DNA of 64,000 nt from an uncultured Gemmatimonadales bacterium (GTDB taxonomy: Bacteria > Gemmatimonadota > Gemmatimonadetes > Gemmatimonadales > GWC2-71-9). The notes under the pieces are model-generated. The model searched no databases, was not told the DNA's origin, and worked only from the letters and a program-made list of their open reading frames with translations. Shown one piece after another: positions 26,878 to 36,984 of the stretch. A program made the translations under genes and the position numbers. Every line of letters begins with the position of its first letter. The first letter of the stretch is position 1. The DNA lies in contig CAWGSK010000007.1 of NCBI GenBank assembly GCA_963825055.1, positions 1 through 64,000 of the forward strand, in the 5' to 3' direction.

Positions 26878-27858
26878 ATGCAGGTGATCATTCCCCTTGC
26901 CGGGAAGGGCACGCGGCTCCGGCCGCACACCCACCTGGTGCCGAAGCCGATGCTCAAGGTGGCGGGCCGGCCCGTGATGGACTGGGTCATGGACCGGCTC
27001 GAGGGCCTGGACGTGTCCGAGCTCATCTTCATCACCGGGCACCTCAAGGAACAGATCGAGGGTTACTCGGCTGAGCGCTACGGCATCCCCTGCCGCTACA
27101 TCGAGCAGCGGGTGCAGGACGGCACCGCCGGGGCCATCAATCTTGCCCGCCCGCACGTGACCGAGGACATCCTCATCATCTTCGTGGACACGGTGTTCGA
27201 GGCCGATCTCTCGGTTATCCGCGGGTTCCCGGGCGACGGAATCATCTGGGCGAAGGAAGTCGAGGACTACCAGCGCTTCGGCGTGGTCGTGACCGACGAC
27301 GACGGTCATATGCGGCAAATTGTGGAGAAGCCCGATACACCGATCAGCAAAATGGCCAATATCGGCCTGTACTACATCCGGAACACCGACTTGCTCTGGA
27401 AGGGCATCGACTGGACCCTGGGCAAGGACCCGGTAAAGGGGGAGTTCTACCTCACCGACGCGTTCCAGTACATGATCGACCACGGCGCGAAGATCCGCGT
27501 CGCGGAGGTGGGCGGCTGGTTCGACTGCGGCAAGCTGGAGACGCTGCTGGAAACGAACGAGGTCCTGCTCCGGCAGGGCGCGTCCCGGCGCCGGCAGGAA
27601 TTCCCCGGCACCACCATCCATGATCCGGTGTACATCGAGGACGGGGTCACGATCAAAGACAGCGAAATCGGGCCGAACGTTTCCATCGAGGAAGGGTCGA
27701 CGGTGCGGGGGAGCCGCCTGGAGCACGTCATCCTCGGGTCCGGGAGCACCGTGACCGATTCGCGGCTCCGGCACTCGATGCTCGGCAGCAGGGTGCGGGT
27801 GCAGGGTTTCGACGGCACCCTCACGCTCGGCAGCGACAGCGAAGTCACCGCCGGCTGA
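26878..27858 (+). CDS. Sugar-phosphate nucleotidyltransferase
   Basis: AGKGTRLRPHT…PKPM; GEFYLTDA; WFDCG; C-terminal hexapeptide repeats. Confidence 0.92.
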   Translation: MQVIIPLAGKGTRLRPHTHLVPKPMLKVAGRPVMDWVMDRLEGLDVSELIFITGHLKEQIEGYSAERYGIPCRYIEQRVQDGTAGAINLARPHVTEDILIIFVDTVFEADLSVIRGFPGDGIIWAKEVEDYQRFGVVVTDDDGHMRQIVEKPDTPISKMANIGLYYIRNTDLLWKGIDWTLGKDPVKGEFYLTDAFQYMIDHGAKIRVAEVGGWFDCGKLETLLETNEVLLRQGASRRRQEFPGTTIHDPVYIEDGVTIKDSEIGPNVSIEEGSTVRGSRLEHVILGSGSTVTDSRLRHSMLGSRVRVQGFDGTLTLGSDSEVTAG

Positions 27859-27924
27859 GCCTCGACGGATTATCTTCCGGGAAGGGCCCTACGGCCCCTC
27901 CCCGCAGCGCCCCCGGAGGACCTC

Positions 27925-29196
27925 ATGCAGCGCGACGAGCTGGTCTACGACTGGAACGAACAGCCCTCTGCCTTCGATTACGCCTCGGCCCGGGTCGAAC
28001 TGAACGATGAGACCCTCCGGGACGGGCTCCAGTCGCCCTCGGTCCGTGACCCCGACATGGGCGCCAAGGTCGAACTGCTGCATCTCATGGCCGCGCTCGG
28101 CATCCATTCGGCGGACATCGGCCTGCCCGGCGCCGGACCCCGCCAGGTGGAGCAGGTGCGCACACTGGCCCGCGAGATCGTGAACCAGAAGCTCCCGGTG
28201 GCCCCCAACTGCGCGGCGCGTACCGTGGTGGCCGATGTCCAGCCGATCGTGGACGTGAGCGAGGAAGTCGGGCTGCCGATCGAGGCGGCAACGTTCATCG
28301 GGTCCTCTGCCATCCGCCAGTATGCGGAGAACTGGACACTCGACCGGATGTTGAGGGTGAGCGAGGAAGCGGTGACCTTCGCGGTGAAGCACGGGCTGCC
28401 CGTCATGTACGTCACCGAAGACACCACCCGGGCGCGCCCCGAGACCCTCAAGGCGCTCTATGGCAATGCCATCCGCCTCGGCGCACGCCGTATCTGCGTG
28501 GCCGACACGGTGGGCCATGCGACACCGTCCGGCGTGCGGAACCTGATCGGGTTCATCCGGCGGGAGGTGGTGGATCCGTCAGGCGAGGACGTGAAGATCG
28601 ACTGGCACGGCCACCGCGACCGCGGGCTCGGCTTCGCCAACTGCCTGGCCGCCGTGGAGGCGGGGGCGGACCGGATTCACGGTACGGCCCTCGGCATCGG
28701 CGAGCGGGTCGGCAACGCGGAGATGGACCTGCTGCTCGTGAACTTCAAGCTCCTCGGCATGCACGACCGTGACCTCTCCCGGCTCGGCGAGTACTGCCGG
28801 CTGGCATCCGAGTCTACCGGGGTCCCGATTCCCGAGAACTATCCGGTGATCGGTACCGACGCCTTCCGGACTGCCACCGGTGTGCATGCGTCTGCCATCA
28901 TCAAGGCGCGAGAGAAGGGCGACGACTGGCTGGCGGACCGCGTGTATTCCAGCGTCCCCGCCAGCCTCTTCGGACTGCGGCAACGAATCGAGATCTCCCC
29001 GCTGTCCGGACTGTCCAACGTGAAGTGCTGGTTGAGCGAGCACGGATACGATGCCGAGGAGACCGCACTGGCCGAGGCGCTCCTCCAGGTCGCCAAGGCG
29101 GCGAGCCATGTGCTTGACGAGGACGAGTGTCACGGGCTGGTAGCGGCCGCGCGCGCAGAGGCGGGGCGGGGTCGGGCCGATGCCGCCAGCCACTGA
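27925..29196 (+). CDS. LeuA-like DRE-TIM acyltransferase without C-terminal regulatory domain
   Basis: DETLRDGLQ, DTVG, HGHRDRGLG, GIGERVGN, GVHA. Confidence 0.85.
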   Translation: MQRDELVYDWNEQPSAFDYASARVELNDETLRDGLQSPSVRDPDMGAKVELLHLMAALGIHSADIGLPGAGPRQVEQVRTLAREIVNQKLPVAPNCAARTVVADVQPIVDVSEEVGLPIEAATFIGSSAIRQYAENWTLDRMLRVSEEAVTFAVKHGLPVMYVTEDTTRARPETLKALYGNAIRLGARRICVADTVGHATPSGVRNLIGFIRREVVDPSGEDVKIDWHGHRDRGLGFANCLAAVEAGADRIHGTALGIGERVGNAEMDLLLVNFKLLGMHDRDLSRLGEYCRLASESTGVPIPENYPVIGTDAFRTATGVHASAIIKAREKGDDWLADRVYSSVPASLFGLRQRIEISPLSGLSNVKCWLSEHGYDAEETALAEALLQVAKAASHVLDEDECHGLVAAARAEAGRGRADAASH

Positions 29197-30757
29197 CCTC
29201 TACCGGAGTTACCTGGACCTCCGCTGGCACTTTGACCCGGCCGCGGCCACCCTGGCCGGCGTGCCGGAAGCGAACTCCCGCCTGGGCAACTTCGACGCCG
29301 AATCGATGCGGCAGCATCTTGCGGCCTTCAGGGCCATGGGCAGCGCCGTGGAGGAAGTGGAACCGCCCGGCGTCCAGGAGGAGATTGACCGCACCGCCGT
29401 TCTCGACGACATCCGCACCACCATCTTCCGCTTCACCCACGAGGGCCCGCACCGGCGAAACCCGGGCTTCTGGCTGAACCACCTCTACGAAGGGCTGTAT
29501 GGTCTCCTGATCCGGGCGGATGCTCCGCCGGATGCACGGGCCCGTGCGGCCCTGGAGCGCCTCAAGGCGGTCCCGGGTTTCCTCCGCTCAGCGGAGGACA
29601 CGCTCGAGTCCCCTCCTCCGGTGTTCGTGCGGACCGCGGCGGACATGATCGCACCGGGGGAGAAGTTGATCGGGGAGGTGATGGCGTACTTTGCGGGGGA
29701 CGCTGGTGACCAGGTGGACGACCTCCGCACTGCCGCGGCCGACGCCGAGGCAGCCCTGGCGCGGTTCGGTCTGGCGCTCAACACCGACCTGGCGGACGAC
29801 GGCGACGACATGGGCTTCGCCGTGGGCGAGGAACAATTCAACCGGCGCCTTCATCACGAGCACGCGCTGAACGCCACCGCCCCGGAACTCTGGCGCTACG
29901 GGCTGCACCTGGTGGAGGAGGTCGAGTCGGAACTGGCGGCGCTGGCCCGCCTGATCGACCCGGACGTACACTGGCGCGACGTGGTTGACCAGCTGCGCGC
30001 CGAAGCCCCCGCCGGCGAGGACATCGTGGACCGGTACCGCGCGGAGATGGAGCGGTGCCGGGCGTTCACCGAGAGCCGGGGGCTGGTGACCATGCCCGTG
30101 GGCGACCTGGTCGTCACGCCAACGCCGGATTATCTCCGGGCCACCACTCCCTTCGCAGCCTATGTACCGCCGGCACCGTTCAGCGCGGACAGGACCGGCC
30201 ATTTCTTCGTAACGTCGGGCCGCGGCAGCCGTTGCCTGTACGAACTGGCGGCCACGGCCGTGCACGAGGCGTATCCCGGCCACCATCTCCAGATCGCGAC
30301 GTCGCAGGTGCTGCCTTCGGAGGTTCGGCGCGTCCTCTGGACGGCCGTGACCGTCGAGGGCTGGGCGCTCTACTGCGAAGAACTGATGGCGGAGGCCGGG
30401 TACTATGAAGACCCGGCGCAGCGGCTCTTCCAGCGGATGCACCTGCTGTGGCGCGCGCACCGGATCCTGCTCGACGTGGCACTGCATACCCGCGGAATGA
30501 GCCCCAACGACGCGGTCGAGCATCTCACGCGGCACCTTCCCATGACCCAGGAGGAGGCTCGGGCGGAGGTACGCCGGTACTGTGCGATGCCTTCCTACCA
30601 GCTCTGCTACGCCGTTGGCAGGCGGGAGATCCTGCAGCTGCGCGAGGACTACCGCGCCCGCGCCGGCGGGCCGGGGGTCGACCGCGCCTTTCACGACGAC
30701 CTGATGCAGTATGGCGGGCTGCCCGTGTCGCTGATCCGGTGGGGGATGGAGTTGTAG
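29180..30757 (+). CDS. DUF885-family protein
   Basis: HEAYPGHHLQ, EGWALYCE, DVALH, FHD.L…G.LP. Confidence 0.88.
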   Translation: MPPATDLYRSYLDLRWHFDPAAATLAGVPEANSRLGNFDAESMRQHLAAFRAMGSAVEEVEPPGVQEEIDRTAVLDDIRTTIFRFTHEGPHRRNPGFWLNHLYEGLYGLLIRADAPPDARARAALERLKAVPGFLRSAEDTLESPPPVFVRTAADMIAPGEKLIGEVMAYFAGDAGDQVDDLRTAAADAEAALARFGLALNTDLADDGDDMGFAVGEEQFNRRLHHEHALNATAPELWRYGLHLVEEVESELAALARLIDPDVHWRDVVDQLRAEAPAGEDIVDRYRAEMERCRAFTESRGLVTMPVGDLVVTPTPDYLRATTPFAAYVPPAPFSADRTGHFFVTSGRGSRCLYELAATAVHEAYPGHHLQIATSQVLPSEVRRVLWTAVTVEGWALYCEELMAEAGYYEDPAQRLFQRMHLLWRAHRILLDVALHTRGMSPNDAVEHLTRHLPMTQEEARAEVRRYCAMPSYQLCYAVGRREILQLREDYRARAGGPGVDRAFHDDLMQYGGLPVSLIRWGMEL

Positions 30758-30804
30758 GGAGGGCGGACGGGGCGGACAGGGCGGGACGAGTCAGAGAGAA
30801 TTCC

Positions 30805-30929
30805 TGTCATCCCGAGCGTCCAGCGAGGGATCTTCTACAGCCGGGATCGAGCGCCCTTTGCAAGCTCGGGCCAGGTTCGATCGGCGGCTGAAAAGATTCC
30901 TCGGGCCTTGACCGGCCCTCAAAATGACA
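30805..30929. repeat. REP/MITE-like palindromic element, copy 2
   Basis: TGTCATCCCGAGCGTCCAGCGAGGGATCT…AGATTCCTCGGGCCTTGACCGGCCCTCAAAATGACA. Confidence 0.85.
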
Positions 30930-30937
30930 ACCCTTCC

Positions 30938-30977
30938 CTCCGCGACTCCGCGACTCCGCGACTCCGCGACTCCGCGA
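30938..30977. repeat. Octamer tandem repeat (CTCCGCGA)x5
   Basis: Read directly. Confidence 0.9.
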
Positions 30978-30979
30978 CC

Positions 30980-31516
30980 CTAGAACCCAGCCCTCACTCC
31001 CACCAGTACGACGGCCCTTCCTTTCACGATGCCCGGGGCTATGCTCGCCTGCACGGCGTGTGCAGCGTTGAAGCGCCGGGCGGCAGCGGGTGCGCGAACG
31101 ATGTCCATCGCGCCCAGGATGCCCACGGCTGCCCCGCCCACAACGAGGGCAATCGCGGCGGGATCGTGCCTCGCCGTGAGAGCGATGGTCCCGGCGGCGG
31201 CGCCAATGCCCAGACGATACAGGAACAGCCCTTTCTCATGGGCATAGAAGTGCCCCAGGGCGGGGCCCAGGATGGCGCCGGTGACGATGAGCCCGGCCCC
31301 GATCTCATCCCCCGCTTCGAACCGTGAGTTTCCACGGACATCATTCTGGGAATTGCGGTCCACGGCCCAGATCCCGACAGCGATGGGGACCAGCGTCCCT
31401 ACGGTGGACAGGGCCACCGCAAGGCCGGGAGATTTGCTCTCCTGGGCCCTGGTCGATGGCGCCACGACTGACAGGAGGAGGATCGCTGCGATAAGTGCTC
31501 GGGCCGGGCTGGTCAT
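30980..31516 (-). CDS. Hypothetical exported/membrane protein
   Basis: Signal peptide, KSPGLAVALS, GPALGHFYA; ends with a beta-strand-like VGVRAGF. Confidence 0.7.
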   Translation of the reverse strand: MTSPARALIAAILLLSVVAPSTRAQESKSPGLAVALSTVGTLVPIAVGIWAVDRNSQNDVRGNSRFEAGDEIGAGLIVTGAILGPALGHFYAHEKGLFLYRLGIGAAAGTIALTARHDPAAIALVVGGAAVGILGAMDIVRAPAAARRFNAAHAVQASIAPGIVKGRAVVLVGVRAGF

Positions 31517-31622
31517 CGGGATCTCCATCGCAGGAAGAGCAGGGCAGTCATGACGGGCGCTTATGGACGTGGGTTGACGGCGCCGGGGATGACAACCAGC
31601 GGGAATGATCAATGACCCGGGA

Positions 31623-33242
31623 CTAACGACTCGCCAACTCAACTTCCCGCCTTCTCGCCACTGTGCGCGCCACGTAGAGGACCGCCAGTGTGGCTCCGCT
31701 CCAGATGAACGCACCTCGCGCCCCCAGGTACACGTGCAGGGCCACGAACCCGGACGACACCGTGAGGGTCATGGCCGTCACGACTGCCCCGAACCGGGTG
31801 AAGTCACGGAAGGTAATGCGGGTGCCGTGGCGCTCGGCGATACCGATGACGGTGACGTTGGCCGAGGCGCCGATGACGGTGCCGTTCCCGCCGAGGCAGG
31901 CCCCGAGGGCCAGGGCCCACCAGAGCACCGTCGTGTCGCCCTGCAGCTGGCCGGTGAGCTGGGCGACGATCGGGATCGCCACCGCGACGTAGGGGATGTT
32001 GTCGATGAGTCCCGACAGGATGCCGGAAACCCAGAGGAGCAGGAGCGAGGCGAAGAGCAGCGTGGAGAGCGGGGCGAGGCCCAGGATGGCGCTGCCCTCA
32101 TGGATCATCCAGCTCAGGCCGGAGGCCACCGTCGTAATCAGCCCCGTCTGGACGGCGGCCCCCACCACGATGAACAGGAACGCGAAAAACGACAGCGTCG
32201 GCCACTCGATCTCGTTCTTGATGACCTCGATCAGGCCGTGTACCCGCTCCTGTTCCGAGGGTTGGTGGGTGCGGAGATAGATCACGTCCTGGACGATGAG
32301 TACCGCCGCGGCGCCGATGAGGGCCGGGACGGCCGCAGGCATGCCGGTCAGTCCGTGGGTGAGGAATCCAATGAAGATGCCGGAGCTGATCACCAGGCTC
32401 CAGCGGAGCAGGGCGGGGTTGTTGATGGTGGCGGCCTTGCGTGCGGCCACCCGCCGCTCAGGACTGCCGGGGCGGTAGTCGAAGTGACGTTCGGAGTACC
32501 ACTCCAGCACCAGCATCATGATCATGACGGGGAGGGTGAGGTTGATCAGGAACGCTGTGAAGCTCAGGTTCGCGCCCGACCCGATCATGATGTTGGGCGG
32601 GTCACCGATGAGCGTTGCGGTTCCGCCGATATTGGCCGCCATCACCATTGGGAGGAGGAATACGGTCGGGGCGACGGCGAGTTGGCCGGCCATCTGCATC
32701 GCCATCGGCGTCACGAAGATGACGGTGGTGACGTTGTCGGCCAGGGCGGAGAGACCCCCCGTGAACCAGATGACGAGCCGCATGACGAGTCGGGGCTGCC
32801 CCCGCGTGCGCTCCATGAGCCGGGCGACCGCCCAGTTGAAGACGCCCGTGGACTTCAGCACCCCCACCACCGCCATCATCGCCGCAAGAAGAAACAGGAC
32901 GTTCAGGTCGAGAGCCTGCTGTGCCGCCTCGAACGAGATGAGGTGCCAGGGCGTGAGGTAGGTGACGGCCCAGAGCAGCGCCACCGCGGAGACGACGACC
33001 AGTACCCGGTGCGCCTTCTCCATGGCCAGGAGCGCGAAGACGGATATGATCACCGCCGCCACGATGCCCTGGGAGACCGGGTCCGTGGTGGATGAGGGCA
33101 GCACCCCCGGGGGGTGCTGCGTGGCGTGGGCGAGACAGGGCGTGAGGGGGAGCAGGAGGAGGCCCGCCAGGAGGCGTGCCATGAGAGGGAACACGGGAAA
33201 GGCGAACGATGGTTCCGTCGTCTCCGTGTGGATGTGCGCCAT
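31623..33242 (-). CDS. ArsB/NhaD (IT superfamily, P-protein-like) ion permease
   Basis: SALADNVTT, ANIGGTATLIGDPPN, IDNIPY, ACLGGNGT.IGASAN; start uncertain (33242 or 33183). Confidence 0.88.
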   Translation of the reverse strand: MAHIHTETTEPSFAFPVFPLMARLLAGLLLLPLTPCLAHATQHPPGVLPSSTTDPVSQGIVAAVIISVFALLAMEKAHRVLVVVSAVALLWAVTYLTPWHLISFEAAQQALDLNVLFLLAAMMAVVGVLKSTGVFNWAVARLMERTRGQPRLVMRLVIWFTGGLSALADNVTTVIFVTPMAMQMAGQLAVAPTVFLLPMVMAANIGGTATLIGDPPNIMIGSGANLSFTAFLINLTLPVMIMMLVLEWYSERHFDYRPGSPERRVAARKAATINNPALLRWSLVISSGIFIGFLTHGLTGMPAAVPALIGAAAVLIVQDVIYLRTHQPSEQERVHGLIEVIKNEIEWPTLSFFAFLFIVVGAAVQTGLITTVASGLSWMIHEGSAILGLAPLSTLLFASLLLLWVSGILSGLIDNIPYVAVAIPIVAQLTGQLQGDTTVLWWALALGACLGGNGTVIGASANVTVIGIAERHGTRITFRDFTRFGAVVTAMTLTVSSGFVALHVYLGARGAFIWSGATLAVLYVARTVARRREVELASR

Positions 33243-33436
33243 GAAGGCCAGGCCCCTGGGTGAGTCGTCGGCCGGGATCGCGTGGTCCGGCGGGTTTGGT
33301 GGTTCGGCGGTGGTCGGAAACCTTCTATTCTATCGCGCGGACCTCACGATGCACCACCCGCCAGCGGTTTCCGGCCCGCTGCCAGGTGTCGGTAACCCTG
33401 GCCGTCTGGTCGATGTGGCCTGGCACGCCGGGCCAG

Positions 33437-34117
33437 TCACCTCGCCATTACAGGCTGGACACGACGGAGCAGGGTGAGGCCGTCGCCTACCGGCAGCAGG
33501 CTCAGGTCGACACGGAGGTCCTCCCGCAGGGCCGCGTTCAACCTCCGGATGACAACGGTGTCTGGCTCCTCATTTCCCGGATCGGCCACCCGGCCGGACC
33601 AGAGCGTGTTGTCGATGGCGATGAGGCCGCCCGGCCGCACCAGCTCCAGGCACCGCTCGTAGTAGGCTGGCAGGTTGGCCTTGTCGGCGTCGATAAAGGC
33701 GAAGTCGAAGCGATCCGCGAGGCCTTCGTCCAGGAGCTCCTCCAGCGTGTCCAGGGCAGGACCCAGGCGGAGGTCGATCTTCTGCTCCACGCCGGCCTCC
33801 GCCCAGTAGCGCTGGGCCGTCCGGGCAACGTCCGGATCCTGCTCCAGCGCCACCAGCCGGCCTTCTGGTGGAAGGGCCATGGCGGTGGAAAGTGAACTGT
33901 ACCCCGTGAACACGCCGATCTCGAGCGTGAGCCGGGCATCAATCAGCTGGACGAGGAGGGCCATGAACTGGCCCTGTTCCGGACTGATCTGCATGCTGGC
34001 CTCGGGGTGCCGGGCCGTTTCTTCGCGGAGGCGGCGCTGCAGTTCCGACTCACGGAGCGACGCCCGGAGCAGGTAATCGTGGAGCTCGGGGGTCAGTGTG
34101 ATGGAGGAGCGGCTCAT
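33437..34117 (-). CDS. SAM-dependent O-methyltransferase (caffeoyl-CoA OMT/YrrM-like)
   Basis: MQISPEQG, LEIGVFTGYS, FIDADK, DNTLWSG. Confidence 0.92.
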   Translation of the reverse strand: MSRSSITLTPELHDYLLRASLRESELQRRLREETARHPEASMQISPEQGQFMALLVQLIDARLTLEIGVFTGYSSLSTAMALPPEGRLVALEQDPDVARTAQRYWAEAGVEQKIDLRLGPALDTLEELLDEGLADRFDFAFIDADKANLPAYYERCLELVRPGGLIAIDNTLWSGRVADPGNEEPDTVVIRRLNAALREDLRVDLSLLPVGDGLTLLRRVQPVMAR

Positions 34118-34209
34118 GCCGAAGGATAGGGGACCCGCGCATCGGCCCGCCAGCCCGGTTCCCGACCGTGCTTGCCCCTGCTCCCGGCGGGCCGTACCTT
34201 GGCTTTTCT

Positions 34210-35076
34210 ATGCCACCTCCCTTCTCCCCCTACGATTCCGGGGGCTGGAGCGTCGGCTCCGGGCAGGAATCTTCCGGTGCCACGCTCGAGCACCCGCTGC
34301 CCCAGGCCATCCCCGCGGGGTTCCGGGGGAAGGTGGCCGTGGTGACGGGCGGTGCGACCGGCCTCGGCCGCGCCATTGCCATGGAGTTTGCCCGGCTCGG
34401 CTGCAATGTGGCCATCTGCTACAAGGAGATGAAGGGAAGGGACGTTTCGGAACAGGCGCTCCTGACCGAGACGGCACTCTCGTCCATGGGCGTCGCGGTC
34501 TACGCCGCCCGCACCGACGTCCGGGACCGTGAGGCCGTCGACCGCTTCGTCTCGGAGGCCCGGGCCCGGCTGGGTCCGGTGCACTTCCTGGTCAACAACG
34601 CCGGGATTGCCGTGGATGGCGCACTCTGGCGCCTGACTTCCCAGGCCTGGCAGGACGTTCTCGATACCAACGTCACCGGCGCCTTCAACTGCATCCGTGC
34701 CGTGGCGCCCGGTTTCCGCGAACAGCGCTACGGGAAGATCGTCAGTATCTCCGCGCATCAGGCCGTGCGTCCCGGCTTCGGGGTGGCCAACTATGCCGCG
34801 AGCAAGGCTGCGCTGGTCGGCCTGACCCGGGCCGCAGCCGTGGAACTCGGCCCGGCCAACATCAACGTGAATGCCGTCGCCCCCGGGTTCATCCGCACTG
34901 AGCGCATGGCGATGCTGCCGCCGGAGGTCTTCGAGCGCGCCCGCCGGACGTCGGTCCTGGGACGCCTGGCCGAGCCCGAGGATATCGCCCACGTCGTTTC
35001 GTTCCTCTGCAGCGACGACGCCCGCCACATCACGGGCCAGATCATCTCCGTGGACGGCGGGCTGGCTCTTGAGTAG
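34210..35076 (+). CDS. SDR oxidoreductase (FabG-like)
   Basis: TGGATGLG, NNAG, YAASK, PGFIRT. Confidence 0.9.
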   Translation: MPPPFSPYDSGGWSVGSGQESSGATLEHPLPQAIPAGFRGKVAVVTGGATGLGRAIAMEFARLGCNVAICYKEMKGRDVSEQALLTETALSSMGVAVYAARTDVRDREAVDRFVSEARARLGPVHFLVNNAGIAVDGALWRLTSQAWQDVLDTNVTGAFNCIRAVAPGFREQRYGKIVSISAHQAVRPGFGVANYAASKAALVGLTRAAAVELGPANINVNAVAPGFIRTERMAMLPPEVFERARRTSVLGRLAEPEDIAHVVSFLCSDDARHITGQIISVDGGLALE

Positions 35077-35079
35077 CTG

Positions 35080-35202
35080 GGTAAACGGTAAGCGGTAAAC
35101 GGTGAACGGGATTTCAGAGGTTGCCTCCGTGCCGCCAGGCGACCATCCCGTTGGTTCACCGTTCACCGTTCACCGTTCACCGTTCACCGTTCACCGTTCA
35201 CC
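35080..35202. repeat. Inverted pair of heptamer arrays: (GGTRARC)x4 … (GTTCACC)x7
   Basis: Left arm 35080-35107 is complementary to right arm 35154-35202. Confidence 0.85.
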
Positions 35203-35323
35203 TCCTACATCTTCTCCCCCTCCCACATTAGGTTTCCCCCTGGATGGACAGCCACAATTGGCCGTCTAAGTCGTTTTTGCGATTGACCTTACGCCGGTAG
35301 CTCCCGGCGCCCGGGAGGTCCCA

Positions 35324-35971
35324 CTGAGATTCCTGCTGCTCGCTGGACTGACCCTGATGGCCGGATGCGGCGGCCGGTCGCCGTCTGACGACCTGCCGGC
35401 GCCCGAGCGGGCCGAGATGGAGCGCATGCATGCGCTGTTCACCGCGCCGCTGGCGGGGCAGACGGTCCCGGTGCTGCCATTGACGCTGGTCGTGGCGGAC
35501 GTCCCCTCGCGGCAGGGGCCACTCGCCGGGGATCACGCCGCGGTCGTGGCCTGGGGGGACTCCCTGGTGGCCTACGCGCTGACTGCGCGGGCGCCAGAGG
35601 TCAACTGGATGCTGCCCGAGGAACTCCGGCAGAAGGCCAGGCGGGCGCCGACCCTCGTGACCGATCCGGACAAGATGGGGCAGTCCATCCTGCGCAATGA
35701 ACGTATCGATGTGCTGCCGGACCCGTTCCGCACTTACAGCCGGAACCTGGCCGCCGTGACCGGCGGCCGGCTGATGATGATTCCCGCCTCGCTCGAGATC
35801 ACGCAGGCGGGCGACCAGGGCACCCGCGCCGAACTGGCCATGGTGCTCGCCGACGTGCGCCTGGCCAAGGTCATGTGGCGCTCCCGGGCCACGGGGTACG
35901 GCGCCACCGCCGCTGCCGCGCTCGACTCGGCGATGGCCACCATGCTCCCCCTGTCCCAGGCAACACAATGA
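35324..35971 (+). CDS. Hypothetical lipoprotein, probable CTG start
   Basis: GGAGG then CTG AGA TTC CTG CTG…; signal peptide LRFLLLAGLTLMAG-C; ATGA overlap with the next gene. Confidence 0.65.
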   Translation: MRFLLLAGLTLMAGCGGRSPSDDLPAPERAEMERMHALFTAPLAGQTVPVLPLTLVVADVPSRQGPLAGDHAAVVAWGDSLVAYALTARAPEVNWMLPEELRQKARRAPTLVTDPDKMGQSILRNERIDVLPDPFRTYSRNLAAVTGGRLMMIPASLEITQAGDQGTRAELAMVLADVRLAKVMWRSRATGYGATAAAALDSAMATMLPLSQATQ

Positions 35972-36984
35972 GCCGTGATGTCACACTGATTCCGGGTGAC
36001 GGCATCGGGCCCGAGATTACCGCCGCCACCGTAACAGTGCTCGAGGCGACGGGGATCAGGTGGAACTGGGACGAGCAGGTCGCGGGGATGGCCGCCGTGA
36101 ACGCGACCGGCACGCCGCTTCCCGAGGCGACTCTCGAGAGCATCCGGCGCACGCGTCTGGCCCTGAAGGGCCCCCTCACCACGCCGGTCGGCACCGGCTT
36201 CCGCTCGGTGAACGTGGCCCTCCGGAAGGAATTCGAGCTGTTCGCCAACGTGCGGCCGGCCCGGACGGTGGTCCCAGGCGGCCGCTTCGAGGGGATCGAC
36301 ATCGTACTGATCCGGGAGAACCTGGAGGGGCTGTACGTCGGGGTCGAGCACTTCGTCCCGGTGGGGAACGACCCGCGGGCGGTCGGCGAGTCACTGGCGA
36401 TCGTGACCCGGGTCGGCTGCGAGCGGATCGTGCGCTACGCATTCGAGTATGCCCTGAAGCGGGGCCGGAAGAAGGTCACCATCGTCCACAAGGCGAATAT
36501 CCTCAAGATGGTCAGCGGGCTCTTCCTCGAGGTGGGACGGAACATCGCGAAGGAGTACGAGGGGAAAGTGGAGGCAAACGACATGATCGTGGACAACGCC
36601 GCGATGCAGCTCGTTCTCCGGCCCGAACAGTTCGACGTCATCGTCACCACGAACATGTTCGGTGACATCCTGAGCGACGAGGTTTCCGGGCTGGTCGGCG
36701 GACTCGGCCTTGCCCCGGGCGCCAACATCGGAACCCACGCGGCCATCTTCGAGGCGGTGCACGGCAGCGCGCCCGACATCGCAGGCAAGGGGATAGCCAA
36801 CCCGGCCGCCCTCATCCTCGCCGCGGCCCAGATGCTGGACCACATCGACGAGACGACGACGGCAAACCGGGTCCGCCAGGCCGTGCTCGACACGCTGGTC
36901 CAGGACAACGTCCGGACCCGTGACCTCGGTGGGACTGCCTCGACACTGGAGTTCGGGGATGCCGTCGCTCGGCGGGTGGCCTGA
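35968..36984 (+). CDS. Isocitrate/isopropylmalate dehydrogenase family (short NAD-IDH-like)
   Basis: IPGDGIGPEI, SVNVALRK, RENLEG, HKANILK, NMFGDILSD, EAVHGSAPDIAG. Confidence 0.92.
   Translation: MSRDVTLIPGDGIGPEITAATVTVLEATGIRWNWDEQVAGMAAVNATGTPLPEATLESIRRTRLALKGPLTTPVGTGFRSVNVALRKEFELFANVRPARTVVPGGRFEGIDIVLIRENLEGLYVGVEHFVPVGNDPRAVGESLAIVTRVGCERIVRYAFEYALKRGRKKVTIVHKANILKMVSGLFLEVGRNIAKEYEGKVEANDMIVDNAAMQLVLRPEQFDVIVTTNMFGDILSDEVSGLVGGLGLAPGANIGTHAAIFEAVHGSAPDIAGKGIANPAALILAAAQMLDHIDETTTANRVRQAVLDTLVQDNVRTRDLGGTASTLEFGDAVARRVA

Noticed and set aside
31510..31535. Fluoride-riboswitch-like GCGATGGAG on the minus strand
   Set aside because: No complementary P1 or downstream conserved element; it is better explained as the RBS and start of the 30980-31516 gene.
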